A DNA stretch of 64,000 nt from an uncultured delta proteobacterium (GTDB taxonomy: Bacteria > Myxococcota_A > Polyangia > Haliangiales > Haliangiaceae). Each line of letters opens with the position of its first letter. The stretch's first letter is position 1. Under the pieces are notes generated by a model, which searched no databases, was not told the origin of the DNA, and saw only the letters and a program-made list of their open reading frames with translations. Shown in pieces: positions 1-10,093 of this stretch. Position numbers and translations under genes: made by a program. The DNA lies in assembly GCA_963848295.1 (NCBI GenBank), contig CAWKDB010000010.1, positions 1,408,001 through 1,472,000 on the forward strand, in the 5' to 3' direction.

Positions 1-1224
1 CCAGGTCGCGCTCGCCGCGCCACCGCCGAGCACGACGATCTCCGAGGCTGGCAGCCCGAGCGCGGCGAGCCGGTCGACCACGTCGCGACACGCGAACGCG
101 AGGCCCTCGAGCACCGCGCGTGCGACGTGCGCGGGCCCGTGGCGTGCGGCGAGGCCGTGCAGTGCGGCGCGCTGCGCAGGTCGCCAGGTCGGCGTCATCG
201 CGCCGGCGAGCGCGGGCACGAACGTCACGCCGTCGGAGGTCGTGCCCGCGGCGAGCCGATCGAGCGCCGCGTCGTCTGCGACGCCGAGCAACCGCGTCGC
301 CCAGCGGATCGCGCCACCTGACAGCCAGCCCGGGTGCTCGATGAAGTACGCGCCGGTCGGGAACGCGTGGGACTCGACCATCGGCTCGGCGAGCGCGCTC
401 CAGCGCGTCGGCGCATGCGTGCGCGCCTCGGGGCGATCGAAGATCGGCGCGGTCGCAACCGCACCGACGACCTCGGCCGTGCCGAGCGTGCAGACGACCG
501 GGCCAGGCGCCGCGATCCCGGCGCCGAGCGGCGTCGCGAAGTCATCTCCGGTGCCGACCGCGACCGGTGTACCGACCGGCAAGCCGGCGAGCGCTGCGCC
601 GCGCGCGTGCAGGACGCCGGCGATCGCGCACGTCGGGGCCAGCGCCGGCAGCTCGCGCACGGGATCGATCGCGAAGACCTCGCACAGCTCGCGCGACCAC
701 GCACCCGCGGCGAGATCGTAGAGCATCGTCGTCGACGCGTGCGCCGGATCGAGCACGGCGTTGCCGGTGAGCCGCTCGACGAGGTAGCTCACCGGCACGT
801 GATAGCGAGCCGCGGCGACTCGCGCGCGCAGCCACGCGAGCTTCGGTGCGAGGTGGCTCGGATCGGCGACCTGACCGGTGATCGCGTGCACGCGAGCTGG
901 ATCGGCGACCGCGGCTTCGGCGAGCGCGCGCCGGTCGTGCCAGATCACCGCGCGATGCAGCGCTGCGCCGGCCGGATCGACCGCGACGCAACCATCGAGC
1001 TGGCCGGCGATCGCGAGTGCGGCGACATCGGCGGGTCGCACGCCCGCGGCGGCGATCGCACCGGCGATCGCGGCACCGAGCGCGCGTTCCCAGTCCACGG
1101 GATCTTGCTCGCCGTCGCCGAGCGGGTGCGCGACCCGATGCGCGCCGCACACGGCGAGATCATCGCCGCACACGACCGCCTTGCAGCTCTGGGTTCCGAG
1201 GTCGACCCCGACGACGAGCGCCAT
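1..1224 (-). CDS. FGGY-family carbohydrate kinase (xylulokinase-like), 3' end outside window
   Basis: Manual translation from ATG at 1224: MALVVGVDLGTQSCKAVV...EQDPVDW...IAGQLDGCVAVD...VIWHDRRA, typical FGGY N-terminal motifs. Absent from the ORF track because it has no stop in the window. Confidence 0.85.
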   Translation of the reverse strand, partial: MALVVGVDLGTQSCKAVVCGDDLAVCGAHRVAHPLGDGEQDPVDWERALGAAIAGAIAAAGVRPADVAALAIAGQLDGCVAVDPAGAALHRAVIWHDRRALAEAAVADPARVHAITGQVADPSHLAPKLAWLRARVAAARYHVPVSYLVERLTGNAVLDPAHASTTMLYDLAAGAWSRELCEVFAIDPVRELPALAPTCAIAGVLHARGAALAGLPVGTPVAVGTGDDFATPLGAGIAAPGPVVCTLGTAEVVGAVATAPIFDRPEARTHAPTRWSALAEPMVESHAFPTGAYFIEHPGWLSGGAIRWATRLLGVADDAALDRLAAGTTSDGVTFVPALAGAMTPTWRPAQRAALHGLAARHGPAHVARAVLEGLAFACRDVVDRLAALGLPASEIVVLGGGAASATW

Positions 1225-1247
1225 CGCGCTGAATGCTACAGTGAATC

Positions 1248-1874
1248 GTGAATTACTTCGGCCATGCCGCGGTCGCGAGTTGGCGCCGCGAGCCGCCCGG
1301 GTTCGTGCTCGGCGCGATGTTGCCCGACTTCTCGTCGATGTGTGGCGCGCGGCTCGCCCCGGGTGGCGACGCGGCGATCGAGGCGGGCATCGCGCTCCAT
1401 CACGCCACCGATGCGGCGTTCCACGCGCTCGCCCCGGTCACCGCGTCGATGCGCGAGCTCGACGGCCGGCTCGAGCACGGCGGGTGCGCGAAGGGACCGC
1501 GCCGCGCGGTCGCCCACATCGGCGTCGAGCTCCTGATCGATGGCGTGCTCGTCGCCGACGAAGCTTATCGCGCGGCGTACTCCGCCGCGCTCGACGTCGA
1601 CCCGGCGGGCATCGCCTGGCGCAATCCCGGCGACCGCGATCGGTTCGCGCAGTTGTTCGCGCGCTTGCGCGGCCACGGACCGCCCGACGACCTGCGCCGC
1701 GTCGACTCGATCGTGATGCGGCTGTCGCGCGTGCTCGCCCATCGGCCGCTGCTCGCTCCGAACGCGGCGGACCTGCGCGCGATCCACGCCGCGCTCGTCG
1801 ACCACCAGCCGCGCGTCACCGTTGCTGCCGAGACCGTGATGCGCGGGATGCGCGCTGCACTCAGTGCGCGATAG
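1248..1874 (+). CDS. AcpH/DUF479-like (ACP phosphodiesterase-like) protein
   Basis: MNYFGH...GAMLPDF...GIALHHATDAAFH...HIGVELLID motifs. Confidence 0.65.
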   Translation: MNYFGHAAVASWRREPPGFVLGAMLPDFSSMCGARLAPGGDAAIEAGIALHHATDAAFHALAPVTASMRELDGRLEHGGCAKGPRRAVAHIGVELLIDGVLVADEAYRAAYSAALDVDPAGIAWRNPGDRDRFAQLFARLRGHGPPDDLRRVDSIVMRLSRVLAHRPLLAPNAADLRAIHAALVDHQPRVTVAAETVMRGMRAALSAR

Positions 1875-2784
1875 CGATCCGCCACGCGTGATGGATCTTC
1901 GCGTCGCGAAAATCGGGCGGAATCGTCGCGCGCGTCTCGTCGCTGACCGCGACGCCGGGTCGCTCCCACTCGAGCTTGAACCGGCGGCGATTCGTCGAGA
2001 ACCAGATGACGCGGGTCGTGACCGCCGCGACATCGTCGAGTAGCGCCGCGTGGTCGCGCTGGAGGTCGAACGTGTAGTCCATCCGCTTCGAGTTCGAGAA
2101 CGTCGGCGGATCGACGACCGCAACATCCCAGCGCCGGCCGGCCGTGCGCGCTTCGCCGAGAAACTCGCGGACGTCGGCGTGGACGAGCTCGCCATCGAGC
2201 CGGTTGAGCTCGAGGTTGTCGCGCGCCCGAGCGAGGTACGTGTTCGACAGATCGACGCTCGTCGTGGTCATCCCCGCCGCCGCGGCGTAGACCGTGAATG
2301 CGCCGGTGTAGCAGAACAGATTGAGCAGCGACGTCGCCGGCTCGGCCGCGACGCGCGCGCGCGTCATGCGGTGATCGAGGAACAGGCCGGTATCGACGTA
2401 GTCGTCGAGGTTGACGGCAAAGCGATGGCCGCCCTCGTGCACGATGCGAGTCTCGCCGCGGTCGGCGAGCCGTTCGTACTGCTGGCCCTCGCTGCGGTGG
2501 GCGAGGCGCTCGCGGCGCTTGACGAACACCTCGGTCGCACCGAGCGCGGCCTTCGCGGCCGCGACGACCGCGTCGAGCCAGGCATCGTCGTCGCGCTCGA
2601 TCCGGAAGTCGTTGATCACGAGCGCGCCTTCGTAGGTGTCGATCGTGATCGGCACCTCGGGGATGTCGCGATCGTAGACGCGCCAACACGTGACGTTCTC
2701 GCGCTTCGCCCACTTGCCGAGGTGGCGCGCGTTCTTGCGCACGCGATTGCCGAGCATCTCGCCGATTGCAGTTGGCTCGCTCAC
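1861..2784 (-). CDS. Class I SAM-dependent rRNA methyltransferase, stand-alone RlmK-like
   Basis: NRVRKN, CWRVYDRDIPE, VNLDDYVDTGLFLDHR, LNLFCYTG, VDLSNTYL, DPPTFSNSK. GTG start overlaps the upstream TGA (GTGA). Confidence 0.85.
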   Translation of the reverse strand: MSEPTAIGEMLGNRVRKNARHLGKWAKRENVTCWRVYDRDIPEVPITIDTYEGALVINDFRIERDDDAWLDAVVAAAKAALGATEVFVKRRERLAHRSEGQQYERLADRGETRIVHEGGHRFAVNLDDYVDTGLFLDHRMTRARVAAEPATSLLNLFCYTGAFTVYAAAAGMTTTSVDLSNTYLARARDNLELNRLDGELVHADVREFLGEARTAGRRWDVAVVDPPTFSNSKRMDYTFDLQRDHAALLDDVAAVTTRVIWFSTNRRRFKLEWERPGVAVSDETRATIPPDFRDAKIHHAWRIAIAH

Positions 2785-4373
2785 ACGCCGGTGACGCCGC
2801 GCTGGGTCTTGATCTTGTACTCGAGCGTGACCGCGCGCCGGCCGTGCGGCGGGAGCTCGACCGACCACGTGATGAGGCCCCGCTCGTCGATCGAGCGGGC
2901 GGTGACTTGGGTGATCTCGTCGCCGCCGCCCTGCTCGTCGCTGTCGCCGAGCAGATAGGCATCGGCCGCCCCGAGCTGGACGTCGACCTGTTCGACCTCG
3001 GAGACCGGGATGCGCTCGGTGACGACGATCTCGCGCCGCTGCGCGCTGAGGTTCGACAGCCGCACCGCGACGCGCACGGTCTGGACGTTCCACCCGCCGA
3101 GCAAGCCGGCTTCGTCGCGTTCGCGCGTCTCGCTGCGATGGATGCGGACCTCGGACTCCGTGCCGAACCCGATGTAGGCTTTCTCGCCCGGCGCGACGAA
3201 CCCGATCTCGCCGCGGCCGACGTACCCCGATGCCATGATCAGATCGATCGGCCCCGCGAGCAACGGAGCCGAACCGGTGTTCACGACCCGGGCGCGCACG
3301 TGGACCCACGGCGACGCGAGCGGCATCGCGACGAGCGAGATCTGCGCCGGCGCGGTGAGCTTGCCGACCGAGATGCGATGCGGAGCGCCGTCTGCGACGA
3401 TCGTGACGCGACCCGCCGCGCGCAGCACGAGCCCGGTCCCGCCGTCGTCGATGCCAGGCACTTGTGGATCGCCGCCGCCGAGCCCGGTGGTCTGGACCTC
3501 CTGATCGCGAACCTCGACGACGACCGACTCGGTGCGCTTGCGCGTGTGCAGCTCGTCATCGCCGAGCACCGGCGGTTCGACGCCGAGCGACGGCCGCTCG
3601 AGCGAGCACGCGAGCTCGACGTCGCGCCAGTCCTCGCCGGTCGCCTGCCACACGCACGCCGTCGTCTCCCACTCCAGCTTCGCGGGCTCGCGCACGAGCG
3701 TCGCCCGGTGGTACGGCCGCCAGGCGGCGCCCGGCACGACGTAGCTCGCGACGATCGCCACGTCGCCGGGTATCTCCGCGACGAGATCGATCTCGATCCG
3801 GGCGGCTTCGCTGCCGAGGTGATCCTCGGCGCGGCCGATCTGCTCGGCGAGCCGCTCGACCGCAGCCGTCACCCTGCGCGCATCGAGCTCGGCGTCGACG
3901 AGTCGGACCCGCGCCGCGGCCTCGCGCGCGTCGAGCTCGGCGAGCGGGCCGGCGGCTTCGGCGATCGATCCGCGCGTCGCGGCGACCGAAAGATCGCGTA
4001 ACGCGGCGGCGTCGAGCTCGCCGAGCGCGCGGATCTCGTTGCGCGCGGCGACCGTGCGAGCGATCGCATCGTCGCGTTCGGCTTCGAGCCGGCTGCGCTC
4101 CGCGTGCAGCGCGGCGAGCGGTTGCATCTCGGTCGCAGCGCCCGCTGGATCGCGCCATGGTGCGAGAAACCGAGCACAGCGCACGTCGAGCACGCGCGCA
4201 CCCGTCGCGCTCGCGAACAGCGTCTTGTCGGCGAGGATCGGCGAGACGCCCTCGATCGAGATCCGCTGTTGCCCCGCGCGCACCGCGACGATGCCTCGCC
4301 GCGTGACCGATGCGCGATCTTCGAGCACCGTGACCGCGTCGATCGGCAACACCGCGACGATCTCGGCGCTCAC
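2781..4373 (-). CDS. DUF4139/DUF4140 (MuiA-like) domain protein
   Basis: PIDAVTVLEDRASVTR, coiled coil, AAWRPYH, VWQATGEDW, LLAGP, VTERIPVSE. True start is GTG 4373, overlapping the upstream stop. Confidence 0.85.
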   Translation of the reverse strand: MSAEIVAVLPIDAVTVLEDRASVTRRGIVAVRAGQQRISIEGVSPILADKTLFASATGARVLDVRCARFLAPWRDPAGAATEMQPLAALHAERSRLEAERDDAIARTVAARNEIRALGELDAAALRDLSVAATRGSIAEAAGPLAELDAREAAARVRLVDAELDARRVTAAVERLAEQIGRAEDHLGSEAARIEIDLVAEIPGDVAIVASYVVPGAAWRPYHRATLVREPAKLEWETTACVWQATGEDWRDVELACSLERPSLGVEPPVLGDDELHTRKRTESVVVEVRDQEVQTTGLGGGDPQVPGIDDGGTGLVLRAAGRVTIVADGAPHRISVGKLTAPAQISLVAMPLASPWVHVRARVVNTGSAPLLAGPIDLIMASGYVGRGEIGFVAPGEKAYIGFGTESEVRIHRSETRERDEAGLLGGWNVQTVRVAVRLSNLSAQRREIVVTERIPVSEVEQVDVQLGAADAYLLGDSDEQGGGDEITQVTARSIDERGLITWSVELPPHGRRAVTLEYKIKTQRGVTGV

Positions 4374-6442
4374 GATTCCCTCCGATTGCCGCCGACGAGC
4401 TCGAGCTTGCCCGAGAGCTTCACCTCGTAACCCGCGCGCAACATGAGCTTGCCGCTCGGGGGAACCGCGACGCGCCAGCGATAGCCGCCCCGCAAGCGCC
4501 GTTCGCCGGGCGCATCGGGCTCGGGTGCCCATTTCTCCCACGCCGGCTCGACCTTGCCGATCGCGAGCTCGACATCGCTGTCGCCTTCGCGGACGGTCGG
4601 CACGCGCTCGCGCACGTCGAGATCGATCGCGCGCGGCGACAAGTTCTCGACCTCGATCGCGATCGCGTGGATCAGCCGCAACCCGCCGCGCAACACGCCG
4701 GCGGTTTCTTCCCGGTACTCCGCGTTGCGCGCGATCTTGATCGTCGGGTCGACACCGAGCCCGATCTCGACGCTGGCGCCCGGCGGCGTGAAGTCGATCG
4801 TGCTCGTGACGAGGAACCGCCCGCGCTCGTACACGTCGATCGGCCCGGGCAACAGCGGTCCGGCGAGCTCGTTCGAGATCACCGCGATCCGAAACACGTC
4901 GGCTTGCTCGCGCGGCACCGCGACGTGGCGCTGCTTCGTCGCGGCAGGCGCCGCCGACAACGCGATCGACGACCACGCGCTGTCGGAGCGCACGTCGACC
5001 ACACCGTCGCTCGCGAATGCGTAGTCGTAGGCATGCGACCACTCGGTAGCGCTGCCCGGTGGCGGCACGAGCTGGTCGAGCGCGACCGCGGCATCGACGA
5101 GCGCCGCGAACGCATCGTGATCGATCACCGGCGGTGCCGCGACGAGCTGGCCGCGCTGGGCCGAGCCCGTCGGTGCCATGCGCAGCGCGGAGTAGTCGAG
5201 CCGCGGCGTTGGCGGGCTCGGCTCGCGCACGACCGGTGCCGACTCCTCGAGCTCGGGTCCACCATAGGCCGGCATCGACGGCGCTGGAGCGGCCGCCGGT
5301 GCACCGGCCCGGCGCGCCTGGACGCGGCCTTCGGTCCGAATCGCGCGCGACTCCTCGCCGAGCTCCTGCACCGACGAGTCTTCGTCCCAGGTCTCCGACC
5401 GCAGAAGGCCGAGCGCCATCGCCTCCCCCGGCGCCGTACCCTGGCGCGGCGCGGTCGGCGCGCGGCCCTCGTACGTCGAGTCGTCGAACGGCGGCTCGTT
5501 CGAGAACCGCTCCGCGATCCGGGCGGGAAACGCGCGATCGTAGTCCGCGAACAGCTCCGCGCTGCCGATCGGCGGCGGGCGAAACCCGGTGCGCGCCTGT
5601 GCCGCCTGACGCTTACCGATCTTCTGCGGCGCGAGCTCGGGCAACGGCGCGAAGCGATCCGGCAACGCGGTCGACAGCTGGATCGCGACCGCGGCCCAGT
5701 CCTCGCCGGTCGCTTGCGCGACGACGGCGCGGAGCTCGAGTCGACTCGACTCGCCATCGAGGCGCACGACGTAGCTCGGCGCCCACTTCGCGGCGGTGAC
5801 GCGGTACTCGATCGACACGACGAGCTCGCCGGTCGTCGCGGCGCTCGACAGCTCGAGCTCGATGAACTTGCGCGCCTCGTGCAGCTTCGCGGCCCGCGCG
5901 GTGCCCGCGCGGAGCTCGCGATCGGCGACGGCTTCGTACGCGAGGTTAGCGTCCTCGACTTCGCGTCGCGCGGTCGATAGCCGTTCGCGCAGCGCGAGCT
6001 CGCGCGCCGCTCGCAGCTCGACGACGCTGCGCCGCGCCGTGACAATCGCGGCCCACGGCGCCGGCGCCTCGTCGACCGTCGACCGCTGCACGACCGGTGC
6101 CCCGCCGAGCCGATCGAGCGCCTGGCTCAGCCGCTCGACCTCGCTCGTCGCGAGTGCGACCCGGCGCCTGGCCGCGACGCGCTCCGGCGACTGCTCGTCC
6201 GCGGCAGCAGGCGCTGCACCGGTCGCGAGCCCGACGCGCACCGCGGTCGCGAGCCCTCCGCCTTCGACCTCGGCGCGCACGCTATCGTCGGCGAGCGAGA
6301 GCGGCAGATCGGTGAACCGCACGACCGCCGGAAATGGCGCGGCGACTCGCGCGACCCGGTGCACCCGCGCCCCCACCGCATACACCGTCACTCGATCGAT
6401 TCGCGACTCGACATCGCGTCGGTCCACCGCGAACTCCACCAT
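4370..6442 (-). CDS. DUF4139/DUF4140 domain protein
   Basis: SRIDRVTVYAVGARV, KWAPSY, VAQATGEDW, LLPGPIDVY, GLGVDP, VRERVP. Confidence 0.85.
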   Translation of the reverse strand: MVEFAVDRRDVESRIDRVTVYAVGARVHRVARVAAPFPAVVRFTDLPLSLADDSVRAEVEGGGLATAVRVGLATGAAPAAADEQSPERVAARRRVALATSEVERLSQALDRLGGAPVVQRSTVDEAPAPWAAIVTARRSVVELRAARELALRERLSTARREVEDANLAYEAVADRELRAGTARAAKLHEARKFIELELSSAATTGELVVSIEYRVTAAKWAPSYVVRLDGESSRLELRAVVAQATGEDWAAVAIQLSTALPDRFAPLPELAPQKIGKRQAAQARTGFRPPPIGSAELFADYDRAFPARIAERFSNEPPFDDSTYEGRAPTAPRQGTAPGEAMALGLLRSETWDEDSSVQELGEESRAIRTEGRVQARRAGAPAAAPAPSMPAYGGPELEESAPVVREPSPPTPRLDYSALRMAPTGSAQRGQLVAAPPVIDHDAFAALVDAAVALDQLVPPPGSATEWSHAYDYAFASDGVVDVRSDSAWSSIALSAAPAATKQRHVAVPREQADVFRIAVISNELAGPLLPGPIDVYERGRFLVTSTIDFTPPGASVEIGLGVDPTIKIARNAEYREETAGVLRGGLRLIHAIAIEVENLSPRAIDLDVRERVPTVREGDSDVELAIGKVEPAWEKWAPEPDAPGERRLRGGYRWRVAVPPSGKLMLRAGYEVKLSGKLELVGGNRRES

Positions 6443-6446
6443 ACCG

Positions 6447-8081
6447 CTACGCTAGCAGCTTGGTGTCTTCGAGCGGAGCGTCCGCGACCTGATCGACACC
6501 GTTCAGCGCGAATCGCCGCGCCGCCGCCGCCGCGCGTGGCCCGTGACCGTGACCGAGGCACCATTGCGCGTGCTCGGTGACCAGCGCGAGCTCCAACGCG
6601 CGGCCGAGCGTCAACGCGAACCGGCGCGCACCGGCCTCGAGACGATCGGGCTTCGTCATCGCCTCGGCGATCCACGCGCGCGCGCTGCGGATCGCGCCGC
6701 GCGCTGTCTCGCGCGGTGCCGCCAGGCTCGCATCGGTCGCAGCGGCGCAGCAACGCTCGACCTCGCCGGCGAGCGCGTCAAACGCTCCGCCCTTGCCGAG
6801 CGCGCGCAGGGTGTCGAGCGACAGCACGTTCGTCGTGCCTTCCCAGATCGGCAGGACCTGCGCGTCCGCGAGGATCCGCGGCAGCCCGGTGTCCTCGATG
6901 TAGCCGGCACCGCCGCACGCCTCGATCGCCTCGGACGTCACGGCGACGGCTTGCTTCGCGGTCGTCAGCTTCGCGATCGGCACGAGCGAGCGCTCGAGCA
7001 GCTCGTTCGCTTCCCCGCCGCGCTCGCGCGCGCCGATCAGCGCGGCGCTGCGAAACGCGAGGCAGAACGCGCCGGCGTACTCGGCCTCGAGCCCGGCGAG
7101 CGTATCGGCGTGCAGCGGCTTGTCGACGAGCAGCGCGCCGAACGCGGTCCGGCGCCGCGCGTAGTCGCGAGCGAGCGCCAGGCCGCGGCGCATCGCCGAC
7201 GCCGAGTTGATCGCGTTCCACGTCCGCGTGATCGCGAGCATCGGGGTGATCGCGCGCACGCCGCCCTCGAGCTGACCGACGAGCATCGCCGGCGTGCCTT
7301 CGAGCGTGAGCTCCGCGGTCGGCACCTTGCGGGTCCCGAGCTTGTCCTTGAGGCGATTGACGAGGATGTTGCGCAGTCGACCATCGCCGTCGCGCAGCTC
7401 GATGGCGAACAGCGCGAGGCCGCGGCTGCCATCCGCGTTGCCTTCGGGCCGCGCGAGCGCGAGCGCGAGCTGGCCGGTCGTCGCCGACGTGAACCACTTC
7501 GTGCCGTACAACCGCCAACCATCGCCGTCGCGCTTCGCGATCGTCTCGGTGTGCGATACGTCGGAGCCGCCGCTGCGCTCGGTCATCCACTGCCCGCTCG
7601 TCCACATCTGCGCCGGATCGCGCGACGTCAGCCGCGGCACGTAGCGATCGATGAGGTCGCGATTGCCGCTGTCGAGCAGCGTGCGGGCGGCGCCGTCGGT
7701 CATCGCGAGCGGGCACGAATAGACGTCGAGCGACGGCCCGAGCACGTGCGCGATCGCGAACTGGTGCGTGCGCGCGTGGACGCCGTAGGTCGGCTCGTAG
7801 CCGGCGGCGACCATGCCGTGGCGCGCGGCGAGCACCTGCGCCTCGCGCCACAACGGCGAGACCTCGATGCGATCGACGCGATTGCCCCACGCATCCCACT
7901 GCGTGAGCACCGGCTCGTTCGCGCGATCGAGTAGCTGCTTGCCGTAGTGCTCGATCGCGAGCTCGCCGAGCTGGCGCAATTCCCCAGCGGCCTCGGGGGC
8001 GAACCGCGCGATCCACGAGACGAGCAGCGGATCGTCATCGAATTGGTTGCCGAGGCGAGGCGGCTCTTGGAAGAACGGCAT
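6447..8081 (-). CDS. Acyl-CoA dehydrogenase family protein (AidB/ACD-11-like)
   Basis: CPLAMTDGA, GQWMTERSGGSDV, GTKWFTSA, RLKDKLGT, EACGGAGYIE, IWEGTTNV. Confidence 0.92.
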   Translation of the reverse strand: MPFFQEPPRLGNQFDDDPLLVSWIARFAPEAAGELRQLGELAIEHYGKQLLDRANEPVLTQWDAWGNRVDRIEVSPLWREAQVLAARHGMVAAGYEPTYGVHARTHQFAIAHVLGPSLDVYSCPLAMTDGAARTLLDSGNRDLIDRYVPRLTSRDPAQMWTSGQWMTERSGGSDVSHTETIAKRDGDGWRLYGTKWFTSATTGQLALALARPEGNADGSRGLALFAIELRDGDGRLRNILVNRLKDKLGTRKVPTAELTLEGTPAMLVGQLEGGVRAITPMLAITRTWNAINSASAMRRGLALARDYARRRTAFGALLVDKPLHADTLAGLEAEYAGAFCLAFRSAALIGARERGGEANELLERSLVPIAKLTTAKQAVAVTSEAIEACGGAGYIEDTGLPRILADAQVLPIWEGTTNVLSLDTLRALGKGGAFDALAGEVERCCAAATDASLAAPRETARGAIRSARAWIAEAMTKPDRLEAGARRFALTLGRALELALVTEHAQWCLGHGHGPRAAAAARRFALNGVDQVADAPLEDTKLLA

Positions 8082-8111
8082 GGCGCGAAGCTACCGCGGT
8101 AAGCTGCGCGC

Positions 8112-8867
8112 GTGAACCTCCTGCTCGTCGAGCCCGCGGAGATCGCCGCCGATGGCACGTGCGCGCTCACCGGCCGTCGGGCCGAGCATCTGCGGCGGGT
8201 GCTCGGCGTCGAGGTCGGTTCGCAGGTCAAGGCCGGCATCGTCGGGGGCCTGGTCGGCAGCGCCGAGGTCATCGCCGACGATGGCGAGCGGATCGCGCTG
8301 CGGCTGACCACGACCACGCCGGCGGCGCGACCGCTCGACGTCGAGCTCGTGCTCGCGATCCCGCGGCCGAAGGCGATCGCGCGCGCGATCGAGACGTGCG
8401 CGACCTTCGCGATCCGCCGCGTCGATCTGACGAACGCGTGGCGAGTCGACAAGAGCTACCTGCGATCGCCGCGGCTCGCGCCGGATGTGCTCGCCCACGC
8501 GGCGCGGCTCGGCGCCGAGCAGGGCGCGACAACGCATCTGCCCGAGCTCGCGGTCCACGACCGGCTGATGGCGCTGCTCGAGGCGCGGTTTCCAAGCGCG
8601 ACCGGCGCGGTCCGGCTCGTCGCACATCCCGGCGCGCCGCCGATCGAGACCGCGGTCTCGGGCACGGCGCCGGTGACGCTCGCGATCGGGCCCGAAGGTG
8701 GCTGGATCGATCGCGAGCTCGCGACGCTCGCCGAGCGCGGGTTCATACCGGTGTCGCTCGGCGCGCCGATCCTGCGGGTCGAGGCCGCGATCGCGGCGGC
8801 GCTCGCGCAGATCACGCTGCTCCACCGGCTGCGGCCCCAGTTACAACGTGTAACAAACTCGCATTAA
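8112..8867 (+). CDS. rsmE: 16S rRNA m3U1498 methyltransferase RsmE family
   Basis: HLRRVL, AIGPEGGW, VSLGAPILRVEAA SPOUT motifs. Confidence 0.88.
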   Translation: MNLLLVEPAEIAADGTCALTGRRAEHLRRVLGVEVGSQVKAGIVGGLVGSAEVIADDGERIALRLTTTTPAARPLDVELVLAIPRPKAIARAIETCATFAIRRVDLTNAWRVDKSYLRSPRLAPDVLAHAARLGAEQGATTHLPELAVHDRLMALLEARFPSATGAVRLVAHPGAPPIETAVSGTAPVTLAIGPEGGWIDRELATLAERGFIPVSLGAPILRVEAAIAAALAQITLLHRLRPQLQRVTNSH

Positions 8868-8905
8868 CGCGCGACTCATGGCTCGTGCGAGCGTCTGTAC
8901 CGTCG

Positions 8906-10093
8906 ATGTTCATCGTCTTTGGTACGCGGAATTACGGCCGGATCGAGTCTCACGGCGGCGAGTACGCGCACACCACGTTCGCGCACTGCCAATACATGCC
9001 GTTGATCCCGATGAGCTCGACCTGGGTGACCGAAGACGTCGGAGCGGGCCTTCGAGGCTTCGCGATCCCGCTCTCCGCGAAGAGCGTCGTTGCGGGATAC
9101 CTGCGGATGTGGGGGCTGATTGCAGCTGCGATCTCGCTGCTCATCGGTGGGCTCGGTGGCACTGTCACGGCTGCGGTACTCGGAGCGCTGTGGCTGTGGG
9201 CGTGGGCGTGCCGGTGGCAGCGCGGATCGCGGCGCAGCGACTTCTCGTTGATCGCGTTCGGCACGCGCTGCCCGCCCGAGCGCATGCCGATCGAGATGCG
9301 CGCCGACCTCCGGCAGGCGCTCGAATCAGCTTGGCGCGACCTCGCGACGACGCGATCCCCCGAAGACATCGCGGCGTACGGCCCGCAGTCGACGACCGAG
9401 GCGGTGCTCGCGTTCGGCTTGCTCGAGCTCGCGGCACTCACCGGGCAGTCGGGGGCTGCCGCCGCGGCGAGTCGCATTCTGCGCGGCACACATGAACTGC
9501 TGCCGGAGGGTGATGGTCCGTACCGCAGCGGGGCGCGTACGATCGCGGACGATGTGCACGCGAAGGTGGCTGCGGCTGCCGGTGCGCGAGTCGCAGCGGT
9601 CGCCGCCGCGCGCGCGAAACGCGGATACGGCTGGCTCGCCACCGTCGCCGCGCTCGGCGTCATCGCGTCCGCTGTCGGCGTCATCGAACTGGGACCCGCG
9701 TTGCTCGGTACGACCCACATCGGCCACGCCGAGCTCACGCGCGGCAACGAGTCGACCAGGTTCGTTCAGGTCACGTGCGACTCGCTCGAGGTGATCGGTG
9801 AGTTCTCGGCGAGCGAACCGGTTCGGTCGTGCGCGATCGGCAACCGCGAGCTCGCGGTGGTCGGTGAGGTCGGCGGCCACGTCGTCGGCAAGCTGAAGCA
9901 CATGGGGGGGAGCAACGACCACTATGCTTGGCCGCCCGACATCGACGGCAACACGCCGTTCTACGACGTCTACCTCGAGGCCGAGAGTCCGTGCGGCGGT
10001 CAGATCGGCGCGATCGCTTCGATCCTCGTGCTCGCGGTGTGCGGTGGTGGCTTGCTGGTGCGCTGGCGCCGACGCCGCCGAGCAGCGGCGTAG
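8906..10093 (+). CDS. Hypothetical multi-pass membrane protein
   Basis: Start MFIVFGTRNYG..., several hydrophobic segments, C-terminal TM plus poly-Arg. The track ORF over-extends the 5' end. Confidence 0.65.
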   Translation: MFIVFGTRNYGRIESHGGEYAHTTFAHCQYMPLIPMSSTWVTEDVGAGLRGFAIPLSAKSVVAGYLRMWGLIAAAISLLIGGLGGTVTAAVLGALWLWAWACRWQRGSRRSDFSLIAFGTRCPPERMPIEMRADLRQALESAWRDLATTRSPEDIAAYGPQSTTEAVLAFGLLELAALTGQSGAAAAASRILRGTHELLPEGDGPYRSGARTIADDVHAKVAAAAGARVAAVAAARAKRGYGWLATVAALGVIASAVGVIELGPALLGTTHIGHAELTRGNESTRFVQVTCDSLEVIGEFSASEPVRSCAIGNRELAVVGEVGGHVVGKLKHMGGSNDHYAWPPDIDGNTPFYDVYLEAESPCGGQIGAIASILVLAVCGGGLLVRWRRRRRAAA

